DNA of 60,148 bases, the filler included, from Dimargaris cristalligena (lineage: Eukaryota), in the NCBI GenBank assembly GCA_003614675.1. It is 6 parts of 6 records of this genome, joined end to end, with 100 filler letters (N's around TTAATTAATTAA, not from the genome) between each part and the next. Parts side by side here need not be neighbours in the genome. Positions count along the whole stretch, not along the records: positions 30,181 to 40,112 come from ML003219.1; positions 40,213 to 50,132 come from ML003220.1; 4 more parts are not named here. One strand, given 5' to 3'. Below, one piece after another: positions 35,461 to 47,523 of this stretch; position 1 is the stretch's first letter; each line of letters begins with the position of its first letter. The notes under the pieces are model-generated. The model was not told the DNA's origin. It saw only the letters and a program-made list of their open reading frames with translations, and made no database searches. The translations under genes and the position numbers were made by a program.

Positions 35461-38016
35461 CTACATGAGGTTGCAGCTGTTGGAAAAAAACATAGACGTT
35501 TGCAACTTTTCGATCCATTCACTAATCATGCGCAGTCGTTCCCGGGTGGATCTTGTTTCCAGCAATTTGTATTTTTCATACATATCAATGGGTAATACCG
35601 TGGCCATCCAAAAGGAAAAGGGTTCGGGGGTAGTCGGCATGGGCCCGGCATTCTCTTCTAGCCGGTTGATAAGCCACGGCGCTTTGCTTTCGTGGAGCCG
35701 TTGGATGAACTGGCGACAGGTGAGCATCAGCTGTCTGATGTGGTGGCGTTGGGGTCGAACGGGCGGCGGGGATGCTGGGGAGGTGGGTCGGCGATAGGGG
35801 TGGGGGTGGGGGTGGCGGTGGCGGTATGAGGTTGACCAGGATCCATGATGATGCGATGTGGGGCGGGTGAAGCGAGGAATCGGAGTTTTTGTAGAGGAGT
35901 ACTGCCCAATGGCAGAACTGGCGTTGCTACGGGCCGATTTCGGTGGGGATGGGGCTAGGGAAAAATTGGTTCCATTCACAGGCTTTAACAATGGCGAACC
36001 ATCGGTGGATCCATCACCAACCGAGGACGAGCCATCGTACATGGACTGATCGGACGTTAAATCGCCGGAGGCTATGATAGCGGGAGCAGAACCACCCCGC
36101 CGGGGATCATTTACAGGACCCAATGGCGTCGTGGTCAGCGAACCACTGCGCCGGGAACGGGTTTTAGAATGGTCACGCCGCCGGGAAGGCGAGCGGTCGA
36201 TGTGAGTACGGTCTTCCGAATCGGTGGTAGTAGTGGTGGTGGGAGAATCGTACCGTGGCATATTGAGGTGCTCCAGCTCAACCTCCAACTTGTCTACATC
36301 ATCCAACCGTTCCAATCGACCCGTCCAGTACTCGTTCCGCATGGCGTAGCTCAGCAATCGGAATCGATAAATACCGCGGACCTGGACGACCGATTGGCCG
36401 TCCGGGAGGTAGCGTACGGATTTGATTTCCATCATGGTACCGTAATCCATTACCGCCGGATCAGGCCGGCCATACCCTACCCCGATTTTGGCCGAGGGCG
36501 GGCCGGGTATACACATGGCGAATTGTTTCTGGCTGGCCTGCAGGCAATGGCGCATCATTAGCCGGTAGCGGGGTTCGTAAATGTAGAGTTGGCTGGGCAT
36601 GGTCGGGAACATTAAGCTGCACACAAAAATGGGAACTTCCAGCTGCCGCTGCTGAATCTCGGCCGCCTCGGCGGCGTGGCGGTCGGCCATTTGATTCGGA
36701 AACAGAGCCTCGCAGAGGGCCACCAGCGCTCGATTGGGCTGGTGGTCAACGTAGTCCGCATACCGGCCCAATGAATGGCGACAGAGCGGGCAGGCGCCGT
36801 TGTGGTCTAGCGTGCGCAGCAAGCAGGATTGGCAGAAGGTATGACCGCACAGGGTTGTGACAGGACGGATAGGGAGACTGCAACAAATGTGGCATTCTAG
36901 CTCAGTGAGAAGGGCTTGCTGATCAACAGACCCGGGGGAATAGAGGGTGGTATTGGTTGATGACTCGGGAGTTATAGAGCCTAGTCTAGCATCCCCGGAA
37001 GCGGGACTGGGGAGGCCTGGAAAAATACCCGGGGATGAGGTGCATTCCGTAAGCCATTCCCTTTGGTAGGTATCCATCGAACCAGTAGAAACAGACTTGG
37101 AGGTAAGATGGGATGCCTCGGATGAGGGTAACGAGGATGGGACTGAGGGGACATGGTCGTCAGCATCGCTCAAAATGGCGTGGATACTGAGTGGATTAGA
37201 GACACGGCGGGCAACTTTCGGACCCAGCATAGCCGGAGGCTGCCGTGGTGAAGGACTACTCGCAGGAGTTTCGGAAATAAAAGGACTGAGCTGGGCGATA
37301 ATATTGGCGAGGGTAATGTCGGTTGGACAGTGCGGTGAGTATTGAAATGGCTGAAGGGTGTGGGGCTGATGGATGGGGTACTGTGGTAAACAGCTGGTGG
37401 AAGTTGATGAAATTGAGGTAGAGAGTGGCGAGGAAGGGCACAACAAAGGAGACGTAATATCGGGATGGGAGTCACCAGCGGTCTGAACGGGACAAGAGAC
37501 CACGACCGGTGGGGAAGTAAATCGATAGGTGGAGTATACGGGTGTAAAATAGTCGGACGCGGAGTCTGAATCCGAATCGGAGGACGACGGCGAAGATGGT
37601 GGCGATGAATTCGATGATAGTGAGGTGGGGGTCCACCGAGAGGCCTGTGGCGGAAATAAATTGGGTGTGTAGGAGGGGACCGATGGAGCTGTAGGGAGAC
37701 AGGTGCGACATATAGAATAGCCACAGACGAGGGTGACCGGCTGGACCAGGGGTTGGTGACACGCCGTGCACTGAAGAATATCGACTAGATGGGACGACGA
37801 TGACCAAGCAGAGGCGATAGGTGGTGGTGGTGGTGGCGTAGGGAGTGACGACAAGCTAGGCAAGGGGGATGGTGGTGTACAAAGAGACAGTGCCGAGTGA
37901 TTGGCGGCGTTGGACATGGCTTGCGGATGGGAGTGGACGCGGGGTGGCGCGGGGGGTGCCGATAATGACGGGCGGGTGGGTGGTGTGGTCGGATGAACAG
38001 ATGTCAGGAGAACCAT
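35461..38016 (-). CDS. crgA: RING-RING-LON(N-terminal substrate-binding) E3 ligase with C-terminal CaaX, CrgA/LONRF family (851 aa)
   Basis: RING1 CTACHQPLVQPVTLVCGYSICRTC; RING2 CHICCSLPIRPVTTLCGHTFCQSC...CPLCR; LON domain VPIFVCSLMFPTMP...YEPRYRLMMR; ends CNLM*. The symbol is a family-level call, orthology not shown. Confidence 0.85.
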   Translation of the reverse strand: MVLLTSVHPTTPPTRPSLSAPPAPPRVHSHPQAMSNAANHSALSLCTPPSPLPSLSSLPTPPPPPPIASAWSSSSHLVDILQCTACHQPLVQPVTLVCGYSICRTCLPTAPSVPSYTPNLFPPQASRWTPTSLSSNSSPPSSPSSSDSDSDSASDYFTPVYSTYRFTSPPVVVSCPVQTAGDSHPDITSPLLCPSSPLSTSISSTSTSCLPQYPIHQPHTLQPFQYSPHCPTDITLANIIAQLSPFISETPASSPSPRQPPAMLGPKVARRVSNPLSIHAILSDADDHVPSVPSSLPSSEASHLTSKSVSTGSMDTYQREWLTECTSSPGIFPGLPSPASGDARLGSITPESSTNTTLYSPGSVDQQALLTELECHICCSLPIRPVTTLCGHTFCQSCLLRTLDHNGACPLCRHSLGRYADYVDHQPNRALVALCEALFPNQMADRHAAEAAEIQQRQLEVPIFVCSLMFPTMPSQLYIYEPRYRLMMRHCLQASQKQFAMCIPGPPSAKIGVGYGRPDPAVMDYGTMMEIKSVRYLPDGQSVVQVRGIYRFRLLSYAMRNEYWTGRLERLDDVDKLEVELEHLNMPRYDSPTTTTTTDSEDRTHIDRSPSRRRDHSKTRSRRSGSLTTTPLGPVNDPRRGGSAPAIIASGDLTSDQSMYDGSSSVGDGSTDGSPLLKPVNGTNFSLAPSPPKSARSNASSAIGQYSSTKTPIPRFTRPTSHHHGSWSTSYRHRHPHPHPYRRPTSPASPPPVRPQRHHIRQLMLTCRQFIQRLHESKAPWLINRLEENAGPMPTTPEPFSFWMATVLPIDMYEKYKLLETRSTRERLRMISEWIEKLQTSMFFSNSCNLM

Positions 38017-38989
38017 GGAAATGGTTTAATTTAAACCAGTATCCAAACGCGAAGTATTGGGGAAATATGTATAGGAAATGATGTAAATGAGTAGGGTCAG
38101 CGAGCAAATTAGAGAAAGGGGGCAGTCAGGGATAGGTGAGGGCCCTATGTAAAATCTAGGGCATTTGGATCAGATAACCACCACGCATGGAGGGTTGTGA
38201 AGCGAAAATAGAAGAAAGGGGGGCCAGAGTGATTCGAGAGTTGCGACTAACTAACGAATAGCAGTGAGATATTGTAAATGGGCAACCAGATGATAGACCC
38301 GTTATACCAATTTTAAGAAGTAAAAGTCCATAAATAAGCCGACGGTATTAATATATATATATATATATATTGACCTAATGCTGTAATTGTAGGGGAATAA
38401 TGGATATCTATCTAGCTGCAGTGGATCGCGAAATACTACGCCTAACACCGATTAGGAGCAACCACGGGGAAATACGGGGGTGACCTAAATAGGTATGGTG
38501 GAGCACGATGGAACTTGGGGTAGGGATCAAAGCTTTACCCGTTAATGTCCGATGATCAGTACTTTTTGGGGGGGGGGCGAAGAATGTGACACGAGGGGTG
38601 GGATGGAATAGGGTGGGGGTGGCTAAGGCTTCTCCCGGTGGATACTATTACGGCCTGCCGCTTGCTGGTAAGTTCTAAGGATAGTATAATCCCGGGGGGT
38701 TTTAGGTGAAATGATTATTGTTGGAGTCGAAAGGGGATATAGGACGGTGGTTAAAAAGGCCAATGGAACGCCTTAACTACGCCGGTAAAGTTAAAAGACT
38801 CGGAGTGTTTGGTTGGCAGAAGAGTTGACGGTGGTGGGTCTCAGTTAAGCACAGGGTGCAATAATAAAACGGTAAGGCTAAGCAGGCAATTAAGGAAATT
38901 GGAGGATTACAGACGTAGCTACGTAGGGAGTGTCAAGGGGTGTGTTCAGAAATGGCCAACCGAGTGGCTGTGATGGACAACCGGTGGAG

Positions 38990-38997
38990 TATTTATA
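38990..38997 (-). promoter_or_regulatory. Putative TATA box of the CrgA-like gene
   Basis: TATAAATA on the minus strand ~970 nt upstream of the ATG; the intervening minus-strand sequence is pyrimidine-rich. Confidence 0.35.
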
Positions 38998-39678
38998 GGG
39001 ATAGGGGGTGAACTTCGCGAATTAATATGAATCTGTACAGTTGGTAAAAACTAGGCCATTGGAGTTCTGGACAACGAAACCCAAGCCAATGGGGCTGACG
39101 AGGTGTAAGTTGAAATGGTTTGTGGGGGGGCCTTACATGGCGACAAGGGCGAGGTTTGTTATGGCCTAGGCGGGGAGAAAGAGGGACCCTCTGTTACTCA
39201 TACACCCTTCTTTTATATCTCCATCTCACATCCACACAGGGGAGGGGAGAGGAAGATGCCCCTTCCCAGTGGTCGGGATCAGGTTTTAGAGCCTAAAATC
39301 ACGATGGCTAAGCACCCACAGCCGCTCGGTCATCAACCAACCACTGCAGTGGCCTTCGTCCCCCTTTAAAAGCCCCCTGGCCCTCCAGATCGGCCCAGAA
39401 CTTGCATCCACGATCCCCACTCCGCTTCTGATGAAATCCGCCGCGAAACCAGGATTCCGTACATACAATGGCCAAAAACTTGTCAATCCGGTTTACTACG
39501 ACGTATGTCTAGATTAGGAATATCTTAGGTTCCGTGGGTGAAATATCCTGTTCGGTTGATTCAAACCGGTATTCATATTTGTGCGTTTGGGGGTTTAATT
39601 GAATGTGACAAGGGTGTGTCACTGCCCTGATAATAAAGCAAAAAACAGGTATATTGTCAATCGGCCAATATCCCCCTC

Positions 39679-39707
<29 letters not shown>
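39679..39707. repeat. (CA)n microsatellite
   Basis: About 14 perfect CA units. Confidence 0.9.
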
Positions 39708-39710
<3 letters not shown>

Positions 39711-39988
39711 CATCCATATACAGTCTGTAGCTCATAAAGGGTGACAGGGCCGTTGGGATTAACCCGATTTTTCCGACATATGAGCAGTGCCCTGGCAACC
39801 CACTCCAGTACCTTCCGAATGGTGGGCGTTCTTAGGCCATGTCGATTCGTTCATTTAAGCTCGTACCCATCATGGCGGCGGAAAAGATCACTTTGTATCA
39901 CGGTGCTTGGGGAGCCCACAAACTATATAGCCCGGCATTTCCCCCGTCACCACCTTCTATTTTTGGTGAAAATGGGCTGATGAAAAAA

Positions 39989-40030
39989 CATATGGGAGAA
40001 GTTCAATCAAGCTATATAACGATTTGGATG
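39989..40030 (+). mobile_element. MITE family copy 4 (one end only)
   Basis: CATATGGGAGAAGTTCAATCAAGCTATATAACGA matches the left TIR. Confidence 0.65.
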
Positions 40031-40112
40031 AAAGTTCCAATTGATGTAGCGGGACTATTTTTTTATCGAAACGGGAAATAGGTAGATCGATGGGACTTTT
40101 TTTAAAAATGTG

Positions 40113-40212
40113 NNNNNNNNNNNNNNNNNNNNNNNNNNNNNNNNNNNNNNNNNNNNTTAATTAATTAANNNNNNNNNNNNNNNNNNNNNNNNNNNNNNNN
40201 NNNNNNNNNNNN
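40113..40212. other. Artificial contig spacer
   Basis: N44-TTAATTAATTAA-N44. Confidence 0.99.
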
Positions 40213-42316
40213 TGTGGCCCCCCCCCCCCCCAAACTACAAGGTATTAATGGCTAGAACTAACTATTAGTAGATAGTTTTTGTGGGTGTAGGCCTAACTGG
40301 GCCTTCAGAGTACTCTCTGGTTCACATAGGTACCCCTAATCCAAAATAAATTTTTATATAAAACAAAAAGACAGATTTCTACTTTTTATTGCTCCAATAT
40401 TTGTACTCTTTTGCAAAGCCAAGGTGCTTTATCTAGTTAGTAGGTAATATATATAGCTTCTTTCTTGCTATCGGGTGGTTTATATTGGCATCTTTCAATG
40501 CCCTTTGGATTATCTATCATAATATACTTTAACCACTGAAGATGGTAGCCATAAAGCTCTAGTTAGTATTAAATAGATGGGTTACCATGTATCTGCCTAG
40601 TCTACACTTATCAAAATTATTGAGGATCTTGTTACAGCCCTCATGTTGCTTAGGAGCCTTTAAGCTAATATCATTACTTATTTTTATTATCCAGTAAACT
40701 ATAGCTTATGAAATACGGAATTTTTTATATAATTTTTAAGATCTTTATACCCTCTTTAAATATATTGTAGAGAATTTCTTGTTTCTTAGGGGACAAATCT
40801 GTATATGACATGATGAAGAGGGGACACGAATTAATTAGTTATGGTATAAACTATTTAAATAGAAAGAAATATGAATAAAAAAAATCGGGGCTCAAAATGT
40901 GGTCCCCTATCACATTGATTTTTTGTCTCAGGTTTGTCTCACTTTTGCTGGCCATGACTGTACGAGTACTTTAGAGATAGTTTGTTGAGCCCTAAGTTTA
41001 TTTCATCAAGCAATGCATCCGTTGTGAATAAAGCATATTCGTAGCCACCTAATCACAGCTATTTCTACGATTTCGTTTGGAAATTTACCTGAATTTATTG
41101 GTCTATTTGAATAAGTCTATATGCCTCATACACGCCTGATTTTTTACACCCAACTCTTATCTAGTACTGAAATATAAATTCCAGTATATGTCACTTTTAT
41201 ATGCGATGATTCAACAATGGTTGTGTAGGGTTGTATTTAACGATATTCTTTAGTGGGATTTGGCCACCTCTGAACCAATATAGAGTCCATATCGTGGGTT
41301 TTGGGTGAAAGTAGCACCATAGGGTATCCTAATAAGTACCCCTACTTGGCCGAGAATACTAATGGGGGAGGGGTTGAAGGGATATCGCCATTTGGCTGCT
41401 TAAAACCCCAATACTAACTGAGGGTCAATTTCATAATGATAAATGCTGATTTTAACATGATATATATTGCATCAATCCTGTGCCTCTGGGGTCAACTAGT
41501 TAGCCTGAGGCGCGAGTGGTATCCAGTATTAGTTGTTTTGGAGCACAGTGGATTGGGTGTTTTAAAGCCCTTCACCGCTAGCATCGATAGATCGGGGTAC
41601 AATCCTACCAGAGTAGTTAGTATGTACGGCCTCGGTATTTTTTCAACCACGGCCCATATGTCGGGAGTAAGCAAGAAATCTTTGATATTTTACAATGATC
41701 GAAAGTCGCTGTATTAACCACTTGGGCGGACAGAGGCTGCCATGTCCATCAACATCTACTAATTGGCTCTATTATGACCAAGTTCAGTTGACTATTGGAT
41801 AAATCACTTAGCTCGTTCCCATGAATGATTATGGTTTAAATAAACCTCATCTACCCCACCGACTCAATCACCACATTAGCGAATATATAACATACCCTCT
41901 ATTCAACGATAGAATTCCACACTGATTAGTTTACAATGACATTTTAGTTAAAACCAATACACGGTGGTAGTTCCATGACCATAAAAAAATTAAAATTGAA
42001 TATCCCAGAAGGCTGACTAAAGTCAATCAAATATGTTGAAGCAAAAGGTGTCTAGCCCACCATAAAATATGGCAAATCTGGGTGCGGCATTAATAAGTAT
42101 AAAACGGCCATTAAAAAAGCGAAAATTAGCAACGAAAAACAAAAAGAAAAGATAGAAAAGAGATAAGAATAGTAGTAGTGGTAGTAGTAACAGTAGCAGT
42201 GCCTAATTCGTGGTGCTCAGCAAGCCCATCTTCTCATTCCAGGGGCCCAAGCCAAAGCCAGGTGAGTTAGCGACGTCGATATAGCTAATATATAAAACAA
42301 AAAGCTGCGAAAAAAG

Positions 42317-45226
42317 TTAACCGCTGCACATAGTGCAGGCGTCTTTGTTTTCAATGGAGCACATGAGGGCCGCCAATTGCCGACTGGCTTCCTCTTCGCT
42401 GGTTACCGAAGTGCCCACATCCGCACCCCCGGAACCCGCCAGACCGCCAGCCACGGGAGTCGATGGGGCCGCCCCTGAACCAGGGCTCGCCGCCGAAGCA
42501 CCACCACCGCTGCTAGTGCCCGTCGCCGCCGTTGACAATGTTGTTTTCGGTGTAGGACCGGCGGTACCTTCCCGCAGAGCCAGTTGATCGACCGTAAATT
42601 TAATGGCATCGACGGCCGGCCGGGTGCGCAGGTAATACATCCCGGTCTTCAAACCCTTTTTCCAGCCGTAAAAGTGCATGCTGGTCAGTTTAGCGAAGTC
42701 CGCCTCGGCCATGAAGATGTTCAACGACTGGGATTGATCAATAAAGGCCCCGCGGTCGGCGGCCATGTCGATGATGACCTTCTGGGACAGTTCCCAGGCC
42801 GTTTTGTACAGATCCTTGATTTCCTGCGGGATGGAGGGTACATGTTGGACCGACCCGCTGTCGGAGATGATGCGGTTCTTCATGTGGTCGTTCCAGAGGC
42901 CCAAGTCCACCAAGTCGCGCAGGAGCCAGGGGTTGACGACCTGGAACTCACCAGCTAGAACGCGGCGGGTGTAGATGTTGCTGGTGTAGGGTTCGAAACA
43001 TTCGTTGTTACCCAGGATCTGGGAGGTGGAGGCCGTGGGCATGGGCGCCACGAGGAGAGAGTTACGGACACCGTATTTGCGGATCTTCTCCCGGAGGGAG
43101 TCCCAGTCCATCAGGTCGGTGGGTTCCGCACCGTCCCACATATCAAACTGGAGCAAGCCCTTGGACATGGGCGAGCCTTCGTACGTCTCATAAGGTCCCA
43201 ATTCCTGGGCCAGTTCGCACGAGGACTCCAGACCGGCGTGGTAGATGGTCTCGAAGATTTGGCGGTTCAGTTTGCGGGCCTCGGGCGAATCAAAAGGCAT
43301 GCGCATTTTCATAAAGGCATCAGCCAGACCCTGGACACCCATCCCGATGGGCCGGTGGCGGAAGTTGGAGCGCTGGCATTCTTCCACGGGGTAGTAGTTG
43401 ATGTCGATGATTTTGTTCAGGTTGCGGGTCACCACCTTGGTCACACTGTGCAGACGCTCGAAATTGAACGTGTCTTTATCATCGACGAACTGGGGTAGGG
43501 CAATGGAGGCCAGGTTGCAGACGGCTACTTCATCGGCGCTGGAGAATTCGACGATTTCGGTACACAGGTTGGAGCACTTGATGGTCCCCAGGTTCTGTTG
43601 GTTGGACTTGCGGTTGCAGGCATCCTTGTACAGCATGAAAGGATTGCCGGTTTCAATCTGGGCCTCCAGGATAGCGTACCAGAGCTTCTGGGCGGGCAGG
43701 GTCTTGCGCGCCAGACCCTTCTTTTCGTAGCTAAGGTAGAGCTGGTTGAATTCCTCGCCCCAAGTTTCGTGCAGGTTGGGGGCTTCGTTGGGGCAGAACA
43801 GGCACCAGTCACCGTTCTCCTGGACGCGCTGCATGAACAGGTCAGGGATCCACAGGGCGTAGAACAAATCGCGGGCGCGGCTCTCTTCCTTGCCGTGGTT
43901 CTTGCGCAGATCCAGGAATTCGAAGATATCCGGGTGCCAGGGCTCGAGGTAGATGGCGAAGGCCCCGGGGCGCTTGTTACCGCCCTGATCGACGTAACGG
44001 GCGGTATTGTTGAACACACGCAGCATAGGGACAATGCCGTTGGAGTAGCCGTTGGTGCCGGCAATGTAGGAACCGGTGGAGCGGATATTGTGGATATTGA
44101 GACCAATGCCACCGGCGGTCTTGGAGATATTGGCGCAGGTCTTGAGGGTGTTGTAGATGCCTTCGATGGAGTCATCCTGCATGGTAAGCAAGAAGCAGCT
44201 GGACAGTTGGGGACGCGGGGTTCCGGCGTTGAATAGGGTGGGGGAGGCATGGGTGAAGAACTTCTCGGACATGAGGTTGTAGGTTTCAATGGCCGCATCA
44301 ATGTCCTCACCGTGGATACCCACGGCGACGCGCATCACCATGTGCTGGGGGCGCTCGGCCACTTTGCCGTTGATGCGCAGCAGATAGGACCGTTCCAAGG
44401 TCTTGAAGCCGAAGAAGTTGTAGTTGAAATCACGGTCGTAAATGATGGCGGAGTTGAAGCGGTCGGCATTCTGCATGACCACCTGGTAGGTGTCCTCACT
44501 GATCATGGAGGCGGGCTTGCCGGTCTTGGGGTCCTTGTAGTGATAGAGATCCTCGATGGTGGCCGAGAACTGTTTGCGGGTCTCCTTGTGCAGGTTGGAG
44601 ATGGCAATACGTGCGGCCAGGATGGCGTAATCGGGGTGCTTGGTGGTCAGGTAGGCGGCGGTTTCGGCGGCCAGGTTGTCGAGTTCCATGGTGGTAACGC
44701 CTTGGTACACACCCGTGATAACCTAGGGGGTGGGAGGAAAAGAAGGGGTGGGGGACATAGGGTTAGATAGAGGCACAGGCCAGGGTGATTGAACCAATAG
44801 GCCCCAGGGCTGTATTACGATGGGCCAGCAGTGCGGCAGGTTAGTGGTGTACACTGCCTGTGTAGCAAGGTTGTGTGGGTGGGAGAGCAGTTTTAATATA
44901 CGGTACCTTTTGGGCGACGGCGGGGGGATCGACGTAGTTGGTGTCGAGGCCATAGCAGAGCTTGACGATCCGGGCGGTGATCTTGTCAAAGGCCACGCGT
45001 TCACGGCGACCGTCTAAGGAAGACAGATGTTAGTGGTGCGAGTATAAGATGCTGGAACCGTCGGTTAGTAAGAGATTGCGGGCCACAACCGGGTTGAAAA
45101 ATTGGATGCCGCCGAGAAGGCTGCCCGAGAGTGAGGGGTCTCACCGGGACAGCCTCGACTAAATGCACCTCGGTCGAATTAAACTTGGGTAGGGAAGACG
45201 GACTTACCTCGTTTAACGACAAACAT
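42317..45226 (-). CDS. RNR1: Ribonucleoside-diphosphate reductase large subunit, class Ia (843 aa, 3 exons)
   Basis: Exons 45226-45208, 45013-44907 and 44722-42317, with GT-AG introns, give [22 protein letters not shown] (ATP cone). Also QLSSCFL, SNLCTEI, GMYYLR and C-terminal CTMCSG. Confidence 0.97.
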
Positions 45227-47523
45227 AGTGGTTGCGGTAGGAGTTGGTAATAGGAGCACCAAGCAGTTGGGGTTAAAAGATAAAGAATGGCCAACGAACA
45301 AAGCTGAAAGACCTACTGTGCTTGTTTTGGTAAGCTATATATAATAGGCGAAAAAGACAGCCAGTGAAAAAAACCAGAGTTGGAAGGGAGAAGGAGTTGT
45401 TTACAGGAGAGCTAATTATCGAGGAGGCGCAGCGAGGGTGGGATGTTTATATATCGACGGTGGGATTCTAAATAGCCACCACCTCCCAAGCCAAGCCAAG
45501 CCAAACCAAACCAAAATACGGCCTGTTCTCGATTAGTCTGCGGGGGCTCTAAACCACGCGAGTCGTTGGCAAAAGGTAAACAAACCCCAACCAACCCCAT
45601 GGCTGAATAAGTTGGGGTCGGTTGGACAGAGCAAAGACTGAGTGATTCCCGTTTCAGCTTACTAAGATCGAGGATGAGAACACGGCCATTCATTATACAT
45701 ATCTCTTGTTATCTTCTACTCCCGTAAAATAGAAGAGCCTCCTTGGGTCTTTAAGTATGTGCCACCCCTGGTTTTATTATTTGCAAATCAGTTTAGTAAG
45801 CTGAGACCGGCTTTGATATTTATATATATATATAATATTGTTTAGGATAAATAAAGGGTAATAACTCTACCACGTCCATTATTCCATCCCCACGCTTCTG
45901 GCGTGTTACAATAAGGCACCCCAGTAGTCTCTTCACTCATTGATTGCAAGGAGTGATAAAATCAAAGGGATGGGTTGGGCATGTGCGCTCACTCCCCGTT
46001 TTTAACCTCCTTTCCCCGAAGTCGATCCCTAAAATCAATTGATATGTTGTTCCACAATTGGCACGGTAAATCCAATACCATTGAAACCACCAGTCCAGTT
46101 CACCCGGCCATACTATTTTCCCCTTTGGTATACCAAATAAGCCCACATGCCGCCAAGTCAAGGATTATATCCGTTGCCTTTGGCCTGGCTCGGGTAAACC
46201 TTGCCACCACCAATACCCGCTGCAAGTGAACGGTTGGCTGTCCAGCGATTAGCCAACGGGATGGATTAGCGTGCGAGAGACAGAGAATGAGACGGAGAGT
46301 GGTTGGCCTACTTGGTTTGGCCATAATCAAATCAGCGATGCTATTTTCATCATAGGTGTATTAAGGTTTTGGATTAATCAGATGGAGTTCACACTCACTG
46401 GTTGATTCAATAGCGGCGAATCGCCCCCAAGCTATTAGGGCTGGTCAGAATGCGGTTCCGCTTGATTTAGTATGCTTTAACTGATGCTAATTTGTTTAGG
46501 ATAACTAGGGTAGTGCTGGAGATATCGCCGCTCCGCTATTTGTGCCAAGGCATATCGATGCCAGTGAGTGCTATAATTCAACAAGTGTTATGTACATGCT
46601 AGGCGAAAATAAGTCCAGCCATATGCCGCTCGAGTGAATCCACCTATAGTTATCCAGGCCGGTTTACCGGCTTCATCGACTTTGCATGTGGAAATGGTTC
46701 CAAATGTTTCCTTCAAATCTACATTATCTGTGCCCGGCCAAGCACTATTTGTATATCACTCGGTATCCATGCCGTGGGCTCCCACGCAACATGGTGTACA
46801 TGGGGTGGGCTTGGTGGTATGCCAATGCACACGTGTACCCTCCATTGGTTTCCATGGTGCTGTTCCCACTGCTGATGCCATTTTTGACCTACTCGCAGCT
46901 GCTCCGGTCACTGCCTGTAGGTGGTGGATAGGTAGGTGTTGGTAGAGGTGTGGTGGTGATTACAAATTAACGTATCCCATCCCAGTGCGGACCTGCTTTA
47001 CCTTATACGTCTGCGGTTTAGGGCTTTTGTTTACAATGATTGGCATATCACGTGATAACTAACCAATCAAACCCCGTGATCTCTATGGATCGCAAATAGG
47101 CGCATGTATTATTCAGCCTACTACACAATACGGAAAGCATACTACTAATAATGACTGTTAAGGTTAATAAGGAGGGGGGGGATCAATAGATAAGGTGGTG
47201 TGCTGAGTAAACGCCGGGCTGGCACCCGAAACACACTCATAGATTTGAGACAACCCGCCCAGCTCCTCCCTCAGTCACAGTTAAACGTCACCAATGTGGG
47301 GTTCACACGATATCAGGCAATATCTACCAGTCTTCGTTGGCATTTCCCCTTATTTAACCCGTAGTGTTCCCGTTGATGGCGGCTCTATCTCAACGTACTC
47401 TCTCCTCTCTATTCCACCCCTTTCCCCCTTAGCCACCACTTTTCTATCCGTTACCTTTACCAGCCGTCCGCACCCTCCTACCCTGCCTCCATTTCCCCCT
47501 CCGTCGACTAGTCCCCGATAACC

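Noticed and set aside
38017-38030. Non-AUG N-terminal extension of the CrgA-like protein
   Set aside because: An in-frame TAA lies four codons upstream of the ATG.
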